The translations under genes were made by a program, and so were the position numbers. 32,000 nt of DNA from Dickeya dadantii NCPPB 898 (GTDB taxonomy: Bacteria > Pseudomonadota > Gammaproteobacteria > Enterobacterales > Enterobacteriaceae): contig NZ_CM001976.1 in NCBI RefSeq assembly GCF_000406145.1, positions 3,155,213 through 3,187,212 on the forward strand. Reading direction: 5' to 3'. Each line of letters opens with the position of its first letter. The stretch's first letter is position 1. A model generated the notes under the pieces. It did no database searches, was not told the DNA's origin, and was given only the letters and a program-made list of their open reading frames with translations. Shown here piece by piece: positions 16,291-25,612 of this stretch.

Positions 16291-17568
16291 TTACTTTTTC
16301 ACGCTGAAGCTGTTGGCATAACCGGCCGGATCGCTGCCGTCCCAACGCTTACCGTCAATCAATACGCTGCTGCGCATCTCGCCGGACGGCAGCGGTACAT
16401 TGCCGACCGCGCTGGCCGCCTGTTTGTAGATATCGATGCGGTTGACCTGACGGGCCACCGCCTGATAGTCCGGCTCCTGCGCCAGCAGACCCCAACGTTT
16501 GTGCTGAGTGAGGAACCACATCCCATCCGACAGGTACGGGAAATTCACTTCACCGTCGTGGTAGAAACGCATGGCGTGCGCGTCCTGCCAGCGTTTGCCC
16601 GCGCCGTCGTCGTATTGCCCCAGCATACGGCCGGCAATCGTCTCCTCCTGGGTGTTGACGTATGCACGCCCGGCGATAACGCGCGCGGTTTCGCGCCGGT
16701 TGTCGTCCGAACTGTCGATCCAGCGCGAAGCGTCCAGTACTGCCGCCGTCAACGCGCGGGCGGTATTGGGGTTGGCGTTAACCCATTCGGCGGTGGTGCC
16801 GAGGACCTTCTCCGGATGATCCGGCCAGATATCCTGCGACGTGGCGGCGGTAAAACCGAGGCCGTCGGTAATGGCGCGCTGGTTCCAGGGCTCGCCGACG
16901 CAGAACCCGCTCATGTTGCCGATCTTCATGTTCACCACCATCTGCGGCGGCGGCACCACCACGGTGCGCACGTCGTCAAACGGATTGATGCCGGCCGCGC
17001 CCAGCCAGTAATAGAGCCACATGGCGTGGGTGCCGGTGGGAAACGTCTGGGCGAAGGTGTAAGTCCCCGCCGGGCTGGCGGCAATAAACCGTTTCAGGCT
17101 GGCGCCATCGGTCACGCCCGCTTCGCGCAGCTTATTGGATAGGGTGATCGCCTGACCGTTGTTGTTGAGGGTCATCAGCGCCGCCATATTGTGCTGCGGC
17201 CCCGCTGCGCCTGCCTGCAACCCGTACAGCAGCCCGTAGAGCACATGCGCCGCGTCCAGTTCGCCGGACACCAGCTTGTCGCGCACCGCGGCCCAGCTTG
17301 CTTCCTTACTCGGCACAATGGTGATGCCGTATTTCTTGTCAAAGCCTTTTACCGACGCCATCACCACCGAGGCGCAGTCGGTCAGTGGAATAAAGCCGAT
17401 GCGCACTTCTTTCTTCTCAGGGGCATCGGAACCGGCCGCCCAGGCGCAATTCATTATTCCCGGCAGCAGCATGGCGCCGCCCAATGCGGCGCTCCCCACC
17501 AAAAACTGACGTCGGGAAAACACGTTTGTTTGGTTATCGGTTTTTTTATCGGTTGTGGAATCACTCAT
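16291..17568 (-). CDS. nasF: Periplasmic nitrate/nitrite-binding protein of the ABC transporter (Tat signal)
   Basis: NrtA/NasF-like body with the twin-arginine motif SRRQFLVGSAALGG. I chose the ATG at 17568 (MSDSTTDKK) with a GAGGTG Shine-Dalgarno. The longest-ORF start at 17622 lies inside the leader terminator. Confidence 0.85.
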   Translation of the reverse strand: MSDSTTDKKTDNQTNVFSRRQFLVGSAALGGAMLLPGIMNCAWAAGSDAPEKKEVRIGFIPLTDCASVVMASVKGFDKKYGITIVPSKEASWAAVRDKLVSGELDAAHVLYGLLYGLQAGAAGPQHNMAALMTLNNNGQAITLSNKLREAGVTDGASLKRFIAASPAGTYTFAQTFPTGTHAMWLYYWLGAAGINPFDDVRTVVVPPPQMVVNMKIGNMSGFCVGEPWNQRAITDGLGFTAATSQDIWPDHPEKVLGTTAEWVNANPNTARALTAAVLDASRWIDSSDDNRRETARVIAGRAYVNTQEETIAGRMLGQYDDGAGKRWQDAHAMRFYHDGEVNFPYLSDGMWFLTQHKRWGLLAQEPDYQAVARQVNRIDIYKQAASAVGNVPLPSGEMRSSVLIDGKRWDGSDPAGYANSFSVKK

Positions 17569-17602
17569 CAACGACACCTCGGCAACCCGCCATTCCGGCG
17601 GT

Positions 17603-17655
17603 AAAAACAAAAAGGCGCCCATAAGCCATGCGAAAATCGCACGCTTATGGGCGCC
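17603..17655 (-). terminator. Intrinsic terminator (attenuator) in the nasF leader
   Basis: The minus-strand RNA reads GGCGCCCAUAAGC-(16-nt loop that itself pairs UGCGA/UCGCA)-GCUUAUGGGCGCC, followed by UUUUUGUUUUU. It sits ~35 nt upstream of the nasF start codon. Confidence 0.8.
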
Positions 17656-17691
17656 TTTGCCCAGCGCTTTCCCGTACCGCCATTAGCACGG
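17648..17691 (-). promoter_or_regulatory. ANTAR-type dual hexaloop hairpin (candidate NasR antiterminator target)
   Basis: The minus-strand RNA reads CCGUGCU-AAUGGC-GGUACGG (7-bp stem with 2 G.U pairs), an 8-nt linker, then UGGGC-AAAGGC-GCCCA. Both loops are 6 nt with A at position 1 and G at position 4. The second hairpin sequesters GCCCA from the 5' arm of the terminator. Confidence 0.65.
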
Positions 17692-17722
17692 AAAAGTCGC
17701 AGTGAATTGTTACCGGAGATGA

Positions 17723-17738
17723 AGCAAGGTGTGTGCCA
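17723..17738 (-). promoter_or_regulatory. Sigma-54 (-24/-12) promoter candidate for nasFED...
   Basis: The minus strand reads TGGCAC-ACACC-TTGCT, against the consensus TGGCAC-N5-TTGCA/T. It lies ~155 nt upstream of the nasF ATG and just upstream of the leader hairpins. Confidence 0.65.
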
Positions 17739-18040
17739 ACCTGTCAGATATCCCTGTGACCTGACAGTGCATTGAGTAAACCGTCCATGCCGCGCCGGAT
17801 AACCGACGTGTCCCCATAAGGCTATTCTGCTCGCCGGAGGCGCAGCAAATATTGAGCTGGATCAATTCAGCCGGGATATCCAACAGATTGTAAAAACGGC
17901 CAGTCGTCCGTACACGCCCCGGCAAAACGAGGGAAAAAACCGCCGCGGCTGCACCGTTATCTGGCAAATCACGCACGCTTTATGTGCATTCAGCGCGTAC
18001 GAACTCGGCTCACCACCGTGCGGCAGAGCGCCGCCGCCGG

Positions 18041-19327
18041 TCAGGGCGTATCCTGAAAAACATCCGCCACCGCCAGCATGGCGTTGGCAATCTCGATCAG
18101 TTTCTTGTTCTGGTTCATCGCCATACGGCGCAGGGTTTTATAAGCCTCTTCTTCGTTCAGCCCTCGGTGCTGCATCAGCAACCCTTTGGCTCGATCGATT
18201 TGGCGGCGTTCATCCAGCGTCGCGCGCATCGCCGCCAGTTCATGATCCAGCGCCTGCAAGCGCCGCGCCTGCTGCTGCACCAGCGACAGCAACGAACGCC
18301 CCAGTTGCGGCCGTACGCCGTCGCTGTCGAGCCAGCCGCCTTGCCCGGCGGTGCTCTGTTCCATCTCCGAGCGAGCGATAAACACCGAGTAGCTGTGATC
18401 TTCGCCCTGCTGCGCCATCAGGCTGGCGACATCCGCCTGCTGGTCGAGACAGGCCTGCTCGGCGGCGGCGATGCGGTCTCGGCACAGCTGCATCAGCGTC
18501 TGCGCTAGCCGATCCTCGATCTGTTTCATGGCGTCGATGCGCGCCGTCGCCAGCGCGAACCACTGCAGACCGCCTTCCAGCGGCAGGTTGTCCGGCACGC
18601 GGGTACACGCCACGCGACGCAACCGTTCAAACTCCCGATCGGTCGGCAGCGACTGCCAGCGCTCGCGGCTGGCGTCATCGGCAAAATTGGCGAAGGTATC
18701 GAAACAACGCTCCTGACGATCGATCAAATCCAGCAGCGTTTGCTGGATGCTGACAGGGAACTCACCGGCGGCAAACGCAGCGGCGCCGACCGCGCGCTCC
18801 TGCCCGGCCAGTTCCTTGCCCTGCATGAAACTGAACATCGCCACCAGCGCACGGGCGATCACCGGCTCCGCCGCGGTGTCCGATACCTCGAACACCAGCG
18901 TCAGCAGGTGACGGATAATGTCGTTAAACACCGTCATCGCGTCCGACTGCGCCAGCGCGCGCTGGCGCATCTGCTGGCGCAGCGACGGCAGCAACCCCAG
19001 GGTGTAAACCACGCTGGCGGCGCGGCTGAATAGCCGGCTGGCCTGCGGCAGCGATCCGGCGCGGCGCGCCAGATCGTCCAGTTGCTCCATGAACTGCCAC
19101 TCGGCCTGTTGCACATCCTGCTCGCGCTGCGGCAATTCATCGGCACATAACCGCCCGTCCGAACACAGAAACAGGTTAGCGGTTCCACGCTCCCGCTGTA
19201 GCATATGTACCAGTTGACTGATGCGCCCCACCAGTTCGCCGCTTTGCAGCAAACCGCGCAGGCTGTTCAGCTCACACTGGCGCGATGCCATCAGAAAACG
19301 AATTGTCGTTGAAGGGTCCGCTATCAT
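18041..19327 (-). CDS. nasR: Nitrate/nitrite-responsive transcription antiterminator (NIT sensor domain plus C-terminal ANTAR domain)
   Basis: The C-terminus LDERRQIDRAKGLLMQHRGLNEEEAYKTLRRMAMNQNKKLIEIANAML is an ANTAR domain. A long helical N-terminal domain precedes it, and the gene lies directly upstream of nasF. I prefer the start at 19327 (MIADPSTT) over the longest-ORF start at 19363, but either is possible. Confidence 0.8.
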   Translation of the reverse strand: MIADPSTTIRFLMASRQCELNSLRGLLQSGELVGRISQLVHMLQRERGTANLFLCSDGRLCADELPQREQDVQQAEWQFMEQLDDLARRAGSLPQASRLFSRAASVVYTLGLLPSLRQQMRQRALAQSDAMTVFNDIIRHLLTLVFEVSDTAAEPVIARALVAMFSFMQGKELAGQERAVGAAAFAAGEFPVSIQQTLLDLIDRQERCFDTFANFADDASRERWQSLPTDREFERLRRVACTRVPDNLPLEGGLQWFALATARIDAMKQIEDRLAQTLMQLCRDRIAAAEQACLDQQADVASLMAQQGEDHSYSVFIARSEMEQSTAGQGGWLDSDGVRPQLGRSLLSLVQQQARRLQALDHELAAMRATLDERRQIDRAKGLLMQHRGLNEEEAYKTLRRMAMNQNKKLIEIANAMLAVADVFQDTP

Positions 19328-19426
19328 TCTCTCTTCTCTCCACACGGCATGTGATGCGACCATGCCGTCATACGATTACGCTGTCATACAGCCACGCCGT
19401 CATACACCCATGCAACGGTATAGACA

Positions 19427-19442
19427 TGCAAACCGTACGCCA
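19427..19442 (-). promoter_or_regulatory. Sigma-54 (-24/-12) promoter candidate for nasR
   Basis: The minus strand reads TGGCGT-ACGGT-TTGCA. The GG and GC dinucleotides have the correct spacing. It lies 65-100 nt upstream of the candidate nasR starts. Confidence 0.4.
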
Positions 19443-19857
19443 TCCTGACTTTACGGCACAGCGCCGCCGCGGTAAGCGACCCGATGGCGTACCATACCGA
19501 AAGCGTTTCCCTGGCATATTTTTTTATTATTACGCGACGTCTTTTACCTGATGCCGACGCGGCTAACAGCCATTTCGCCGCGAGACGAGGCATGCGTCGC
19601 CTGATTTGATAAATACCTGGTTTGATGAATAGCAGAGTCTGGTAGTCCCAAACAACTGATGAATAGCGCAGAACCTCAGCGAGTGAGCGCTACGCCAATA
19701 TAGTAAAGGATACAGGTAACAATAACCTACGGTTTCCTGGTTAACCGCACAATTAACGTACATCCCGGCAAGATGACCCGCTGCCGCCCGTTTGTCGGCA
19801 CGGCAGCGGAATTCGGCAGGCAACGTCGGGAAAGAATACCCGCTCTGCCGAAAAAAA

Positions 19858-21255
19858 TTATTTCACCCCGCCGCCCAACACATTATACAGCGTGATCAGG
19901 TTATCCAGCCGCGACTGCTCCAGGCTGAGCAACGTCTGACGGGCGCTGTACAGCGTGCGCTGGGCATCCAGCACATTGAGATAGGTATCGACCCCGGCGC
20001 GGTAGCGGTTGCTGGCCAGTTGATAACTGCGTTCGGCGGCGGTCGCGTAGTCGCGTTGCGCCGCCTGTTGCTCATCAATCGTCCCCTTGCGCGCCAGCGC
20101 GTCGGCCACTTCCCGAAATGCGGTCTGCAACGTTTTCTCATAACTGGCGACATAGCCCTGCTTCTCCGCTTCGGCATAGCGCAGCGCCGACAGGTTGGCG
20201 CCGCCGGCAAAGATCGGCAGGCTGACGGACGGCGCCAGCGACCAGACGTGCGCGCCGCCGCTGAACAGCGATGATAATGCCTCGCTGCTCAGGCCGTTGC
20301 TGGCGGTCAGGGTAATGCTGGGAAAGAACGCCGCCCGCGCCGCGCCGATATTGGCATTGGCCGATTTCAGGGTATGTTCCGCCGCCTGCACATCCGGGCG
20401 GCGCAACAACACGGCGGACGAAATACCGGCCGCCACCGGTTTCACCGCCTGCGCCAGCGACGCCACATCCGCAGGCAACAACGCCTCCGGCACTGAACGC
20501 CCGGCCAGCAGGTCCAGCGCATTCTTATCCTGCGCTTCGGTGGTCAGCGCGCTGGCGACGTCCGCCCGCGCCTGCTGGTAGACGGTTTCCGCCTGCGCCA
20601 CATCCACCGCCGACGCCACGCCGTTACGCAACCGACTGCGGGTTACCGCCAGCGACTGCCCGGCGCTCTCCATCGTCTGCCGCGCCAGCGTCAGATTGCT
20701 GCGAGTGGTCGCCAGCGCCACCCAGGCGGTAGATGTATCGGCAATCAGCGTCAGCCGGGTACTGGCGGCGGTGGCGGCGCTGGACAGATACGCCTCCCGC
20801 GCCGCGCCGGTCAGGCTGCGATTTTTGCCAAACAGATCCAGCGTAAAGGCGCTGGTGGACAGGCTGGCGCCGTAGCTGCTGCTCAACACCGTCCCGTTGC
20901 CGCTGCTGCTTAACGAACGGCTGCGATCGCCATCCATCCCGGCGTTGATGGTCGGCAACAGCGCCGCCCGTTTTTCGCCAAGCTGCGCCCGCGCCGCTTC
21001 CACATCGGCAATCGCTTTGCGCAGGTCCCGGTTATCCGACAACGCCATGTCGATCACCTGACGCAGACGATCGTCCACCAGCACCTCGCGCCACGGGATA
21101 TCATCCACCGGCTGGCGAGCCGTCGCCGCCGCCTGATAAGCCGCCCCTTGCGGCCAGGCGTCAGGCACCGGCGCGGACGGCCGCTGATAGTGCGGATCCA
21201 GCGAACAGCCGGATAACAGCATGGCGCCGGTCAGTACAGTCATGATAACGCGCAT
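19858..21255 (-). CDS. Efflux outer-membrane factor lipoprotein (NodT/OprM family)
   Basis: 465-aa ORF with the lipobox LLSGC near the N-terminus and two TolC-like repeats rich in Ala/Leu/Gln coiled-coil sequence. The start codon overlaps the RND pump stop (ATGA at 21255). Confidence 0.85.
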   Translation of the reverse strand: MRVIMTVLTGAMLLSGCSLDPHYQRPSAPVPDAWPQGAAYQAAATARQPVDDIPWREVLVDDRLRQVIDMALSDNRDLRKAIADVEAARAQLGEKRAALLPTINAGMDGDRSRSLSSSGNGTVLSSSYGASLSTSAFTLDLFGKNRSLTGAAREAYLSSAATAASTRLTLIADTSTAWVALATTRSNLTLARQTMESAGQSLAVTRSRLRNGVASAVDVAQAETVYQQARADVASALTTEAQDKNALDLLAGRSVPEALLPADVASLAQAVKPVAAGISSAVLLRRPDVQAAEHTLKSANANIGAARAAFFPSITLTASNGLSSEALSSLFSGGAHVWSLAPSVSLPIFAGGANLSALRYAEAEKQGYVASYEKTLQTAFREVADALARKGTIDEQQAAQRDYATAAERSYQLASNRYRAGVDTYLNVLDAQRTLYSARQTLLSLEQSRLDNLITLYNVLGGGVK

Positions 21256-24200
21256 CAGTTTTCTCCCTGCGTAGGCGTAGGCATCGAGGTTGATGGCGAT
21301 GTTGGCGCGTGGCGACCGGGGAACACCCGTCTGACCAGCACAAAGAACATCGGCACCAGAAAAATCGCCAGCACGGTGGCGGTCAGCGTACCGCCGACAA
21401 TGCCGCTACCGATGGAGATACGGCTGTTGGCGCCGGCGCCGGTCGCCACCGCCAGCGGGAACACCCCGGCGATAAACGCCAGCGACGTCATCAGCACCGG
21501 CCGCAGACGGGTGCGCGCGCCTTCCAGCGCCGCTTCATACAACGTGGCGCCGTGCCGGTAAGCGGCTTCGGCGAATTCCACGATCAGAATGGCGTTCTTG
21601 GCCGACAGGCCGATGGTAGTGAGCAACGCCACCTGGAAATAAACGTCGTTTTCCAGCCCACGTAATGTGGCGGCCAGCACCGCGCCTACCACCCCGAGCG
21701 GGATCACCATCATCACCGAGAAGGGGATGCTCCAGCTTTCATACAAGGCGGCCAGACACAAAAACACCACCAGAATCGACATGGCATAGAGCGATATTGC
21801 CTGCCCGCTGGCCAGCCGTTCCTGATAAGAAAGCTCACTCCAGGCAAAGGTGGTGCCGGCGGGCAGCGCGCGCGCCAGCGCTTCCATTTCGTCCATCGCC
21901 TTGCCGGAGCTGACGCCAGGCGCGCCGGCGCCCTGAATTTCGTAGGACGCCAACCCGTTGTAACGCGACAGGCTTTCCGGGCCATAGCTCCAGCGGGTGG
22001 CGGCAAAGGCGGAGAACGGCGTCATCACGCTGTTGCCGCTGCTGTCGGTGCCACGCACAAACCACTTGTCGAGATCCGACGGCTGGCCGCGCGAGCCGGC
22101 GTCGCCCTGGATATAAACTTTCTTCACCCGACCGCGATCGATGAAGTCGTTGACGTAGGTGCCACCCCAGGCGCTGCTCAGCGTGCTGGTGACATCGCTG
22201 ATCGACAGCCCCAGCGCCCGTACTTTGGCGTAGTCGAGATCCACCTGCAACTGCGGCATCTGCACCAGATCGTTGGGCCGCACCGCCGTCAGCCGCGGAT
22301 TTTTCGCCGCCTCCGCCAGCAGTCGATCGCGCAACGCCAGCAAACGGCTGCGATCGGTATTGCCGGTGGCCTGCAGTTCAAAGGTAAAGCCGTCAGACTG
22401 GCCCAGCCCCTGCACCGCCGGCGGCGACATGGTGAACACCTGAGCGTCGCGAATGGCGGACAGCGCTTGCATCGCACGATGGGCGATGGCGGTAGAGCTG
22501 TTCGCGCTGCCGGGGCGCTGGCTCCAGTTCTTCAGCGCCACGAACGCCATCCCGGCATTCTGGCCGCTGCCGCTGAAGTTGAAACCGGAAATCACGAAAA
22601 TCGCCTCAACGTTGTCTTTCTCTTCGCTGAGGAAGTAGTGCTCGATGTGCTCCCCCACCTTGCTGGTGCGGGTTTCGGTGGCGCCGGCCGGCAGGGTAAA
22701 CTGCACCATCACGTCGCCCTGATCCTCATTAGGCAGAAAGCCTCCCGGTAGCCGCAGGAACAGCACGCCCATTACCACAATCACCAATCCGTACAGCGCC
22801 AGATAACGCCACGGGCCGGTGATGACGTGCGCCACCCGCCCGGTATAGCGCTGCTGTAAGTTTTCATAGCCCCGGTTGAAACGGGCAAAAAAGCCGTTAC
22901 CGTTCGACGGCGTATGCGCCGCCGGTTTCAACAGCGCCGCGCACAACGCCGGCGTCAGCGTCAGCGCCACCACCACCGACAGCAACATGGAAGACACGAT
23001 GGTGATGGAGAACTGCCGGTAGATCACCCCGTTCGAGCCGCCAAAGAACGCCATCGGCAGAAATACCGCGCTCAGCACCAGCGCCACCCCTACCAGCGCG
23101 CTGGAAATCTCGCGCATCGACTGTTCCGTGGCCGCCACCGGCGACAGCCCCTGATCGCGCATCAGCCGCTCGACGTTCTCCACCACCACGATGGCGTCAT
23201 CCACCAGCAGGCCGATCGCCAGCACCATGCCGAACAGCGTCAGGGTATTGATGGAGTAGCCGAACACCGCCAGCACGCCGAAGGTGCCCAGCAATACCAC
23301 CGGCACCGCCACCGCCGGAATCAGCGTGGCGCGCAGGTTCTGCAGAAACAGAAACATCACCAGCACCACCAGCGCGATGGCCTCAAACAGGGTCTGCACC
23401 ACTTCTTCCACCGACACCTTGATAAAGTCGGTGCTGTCTTTCGGGTAGGACACTTCGTAGCCCTGCGGCATCTGCGGGGTGAACTCCGCCACTTTGGCCT
23501 TCACCCGCTCCGCCGTCGCCAGCGCATTGGCGCCGGACGACAGCATCACCGCGATACCGGCGGCAGGGTGACCGTTCAGCCGGGTGGTGGTGGTGTAATC
23601 CTCGTTGCCCAGTTCGACCCGTGCCACGTCGCCAAGGCGCACCAGCGCGCCGCTGGATTCGCTTTTGACGATGATGTCGCGGAACTGCGCCGGGGTTTTC
23701 AGCCGCGACTGCGCGGTGACGGTGGCGGTCAATTGCTGATCGCTGCTGGCGGGCTGCGCGCCGATTTTCCCGGCCGACACCTGGGTGTTTTGCGCTTCGA
23801 CCGCGGAGGAAATATCAGACGGCATCAGGCTGTAAGCCGCCAGTTTGGTCGGGTCCATCCAGATACGCATCGCGTACTGGGAACCGAACACCTGTACGCT
23901 GCCGACGCCCTCGACCCGAGAGAGCGGGTCTTGCAGGTTGCTGACCATGTAGTCGGCGATGTCGGCGGCGGTGCTTTTATCGGTGGTGTCGTACAGCGCC
24001 ATAATCAGCAGGAAGTCCTGCTGGGACTTAGTCACCGTGATGCCTTGCTGCTGCACCTCCGTAGGCAGGCGGCTGGTGGCCTGTTGCACCTTATTTTGCA
24101 CCTGCACCTGCGCGGTATCCGGGTTGGTGCCCTGCGTAAACGTGGCGGTAATGCGCACATCGCCGCTCGAATCGCTGGATGAAGAAAAATAGAGCAACCC

Positions 24201-24422
24201 GTCCAGCCCGGTGAGTTGCTGCTCAATCACCTGGGTAACGCTGTTTTCCAGCGTATCGGCGGACGCGCCGGGGTAGCTGGCTTTGATGGCGACGGAGGGC
24301 GGCGCCACGTTCGGGTATTGCGCCACCGGCAGCGATTCAATCGACAGCGCGCCCGCCAGCATGATGACAATGGCGATCACCCAGGCAAACACCGGGCGAT
24401 GAATAAAGAAACGGGAGAACAT
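21255..24422 (-). CDS. RND multidrug efflux permease (HAE1; AcrB/MexB family)
   Basis: 1055-aa ORF. The N-terminus MFSRFFIHRPVFAWVIAIVIMLAGALSIESLPVAQYPNVAPPSVAI is the canonical AcrB-family start. It shows a 12-TM architecture with two large periplasmic loops. Confidence 0.9.
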   Translation of the reverse strand: MFSRFFIHRPVFAWVIAIVIMLAGALSIESLPVAQYPNVAPPSVAIKASYPGASADTLENSVTQVIEQQLTGLDGLLYFSSSSDSSGDVRITATFTQGTNPDTAQVQVQNKVQQATSRLPTEVQQQGITVTKSQQDFLLIMALYDTTDKSTAADIADYMVSNLQDPLSRVEGVGSVQVFGSQYAMRIWMDPTKLAAYSLMPSDISSAVEAQNTQVSAGKIGAQPASSDQQLTATVTAQSRLKTPAQFRDIIVKSESSGALVRLGDVARVELGNEDYTTTTRLNGHPAAGIAVMLSSGANALATAERVKAKVAEFTPQMPQGYEVSYPKDSTDFIKVSVEEVVQTLFEAIALVVLVMFLFLQNLRATLIPAVAVPVVLLGTFGVLAVFGYSINTLTLFGMVLAIGLLVDDAIVVVENVERLMRDQGLSPVAATEQSMREISSALVGVALVLSAVFLPMAFFGGSNGVIYRQFSITIVSSMLLSVVVALTLTPALCAALLKPAAHTPSNGNGFFARFNRGYENLQQRYTGRVAHVITGPWRYLALYGLVIVVMGVLFLRLPGGFLPNEDQGDVMVQFTLPAGATETRTSKVGEHIEHYFLSEEKDNVEAIFVISGFNFSGSGQNAGMAFVALKNWSQRPGSANSSTAIAHRAMQALSAIRDAQVFTMSPPAVQGLGQSDGFTFELQATGNTDRSRLLALRDRLLAEAAKNPRLTAVRPNDLVQMPQLQVDLDYAKVRALGLSISDVTSTLSSAWGGTYVNDFIDRGRVKKVYIQGDAGSRGQPSDLDKWFVRGTDSSGNSVMTPFSAFAATRWSYGPESLSRYNGLASYEIQGAGAPGVSSGKAMDEMEALARALPAGTTFAWSELSYQERLASGQAISLYAMSILVVFLCLAALYESWSIPFSVMMVIPLGVVGAVLAATLRGLENDVYFQVALLTTIGLSAKNAILIVEFAEAAYRHGATLYEAALEGARTRLRPVLMTSLAFIAGVFPLAVATGAGANSRISIGSGIVGGTLTATVLAIFLVPMFFVLVRRVFPGRHAPTSPSTSMPTPTQGEN

Positions 24423-24424
24423 GA

Positions 24425-25573
24425 TCAGCGAGCCTCCGTGGTGCGCGGCGTCGCCGAGTCAGACCGGGCGCTCTCCTCAACGGCGGTGACCTTATCACCC
24501 ACACGCACCTTGTCGGTGCCTTCGGTCACCAGCCGGTCACCCGCGTTCAGCCCCTGGGTGATCAGCCAGCGGCTACCCATCGCCTCGCCGGTTTCCACCT
24601 CTCGTTGTTCCACCACCTGCTGATTATTAACCACCAGCGCATAGGCATTGCCTTTGGTGTCGCGCAGGATGCCCTGCTGCGGCGCCAGAATGGCGTCGGG
24701 TACGCTGGTGGTTTCCACCGTGGCGCGCACAAACATGCCCGGCAGCAGCATATGGCCGGCGTTGGGGAACTCGGCGCGCAGCGTCACCGAACCGGTGGCC
24801 TCATCCACCGCCACTTCCGCCAGTTTCAACACGCCCGGCTGGCTGTAAAGCTGGCCGTTTTCCAGCGTCAGCGTTACCGCCGCCTGCTGCTGTTTCTGAT
24901 GCGCCAGCAGCGCCAGCCGCTGACTGCTGGACTGGGTGAGGTCGACGTAGATCGGGTTCAACTGACGGATAGTAGCCAGCGCGGTGGTCTGGCTGGCGGT
25001 GACCAGCGCCCCCGGCGTCACCGATGAAATACCGATGCGGCCGGAAATCGGCGCGGTAATGCGGGTATAGGCCAGGTTGATTTGCGCGGTTTTCAGGGCG
25101 GCGGTCTTTTCCGCTACGCTGGCGACATCCTGTTCATAGGTGGCCTGCGCGTCGTCCGCATCCTGTTGCGACACGCCCTCTTCTTTCAACAACCGGGCGT
25201 AACGTTCGGCTTTCAGTTTGGCTGAGCGCACCGTGGATTGAGCGTTTTTCAGCGCGGCGGCGGCTTGATCCACCGTCGCCTGATAACTGGCCGGGTCGAT
25301 CTGATACAGCACCTCTCCGGCTTTCACTTCGCTGCCTTCGGTAAATAACCGTTTCTGGATAATGCCCTCCACCTGCGGGCGCACCTCGGACACCATCGCC
25401 GCCGTCACGCGGCCGGTCAGTTCGCTGTGCAGCGTCACAGGTGCGCCATGCAGCGTCTGCACGGTCACCGCCACCGGTTGCACCGCCTCGGTCGATGAGG
25501 CGTTTTGCTCACAGCCGGTCAACAGCACGGTGAACATACCGGCTGTTACAATAAAGATTTTCCTTCGCATCAA
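24425..25573 (-). CDS. RND efflux periplasmic adaptor (membrane fusion protein, AcrA/MexA family)
   Basis: 382-aa ORF with the lipobox LLTGC, a coiled-coil hairpin region (QATVDQAAAALKNAQSTVRSAKLKAERYARL...) and beta-barrel domains. It lies 2 nt upstream of the RND gene. Confidence 0.85.
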   Translation of the reverse strand: MMRRKIFIVTAGMFTVLLTGCEQNASSTEAVQPVAVTVQTLHGAPVTLHSELTGRVTAAMVSEVRPQVEGIIQKRLFTEGSEVKAGEVLYQIDPASYQATVDQAAAALKNAQSTVRSAKLKAERYARLLKEEGVSQQDADDAQATYEQDVASVAEKTAALKTAQINLAYTRITAPISGRIGISSVTPGALVTASQTTALATIRQLNPIYVDLTQSSSQRLALLAHQKQQQAAVTLTLENGQLYSQPGVLKLAEVAVDEATGSVTLRAEFPNAGHMLLPGMFVRATVETTSVPDAILAPQQGILRDTKGNAYALVVNNQQVVEQREVETGEAMGSRWLITQGLNAGDRLVTEGTDKVRVGDKVTAVEESARSDSATPRTTEAR

Positions 25574-25586
25574 GCCCTGTCCTAAG

Positions 25587-25612
25587 ATTGAGAATGAACG
25601 TTCATTCTCAAT
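25587..25612. promoter_or_regulatory. 26-bp perfect palindrome: candidate TetR operator in the divergent efflux promoter region
   Basis: ATTGAGAATGAAC|GTTCATTCTCAAT is perfect over 13+13 bp. It starts 14 nt from the adaptor-gene ATG. It overlaps a plus-strand TTGAGA-N17/18-TATAAA sigma-70-like promoter facing tetR. Confidence 0.65.

Noticed and set aside
17569-17622. Longest-ORF start (17622) for nasF, and likewise 30294 for fdhE and 15314 for nasD
   Set aside because: The extensions run through the leader terminator (nasF), add 25 residues absent from E. coli FdhE, or ignore a strong AAGGAG before the internal ATG (nasD).
19778-19809. Hairpin CCGCTGCCG...CGGCAGCGG as the terminator of the efflux operon
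   Set aside because: It has a good 9-bp stem ~50 nt after the outer-membrane-factor stop, but no U-tract follows on the minus strand. Termination may be Rho-dependent or the hairpin may serve another purpose. It is not reported as a feature.
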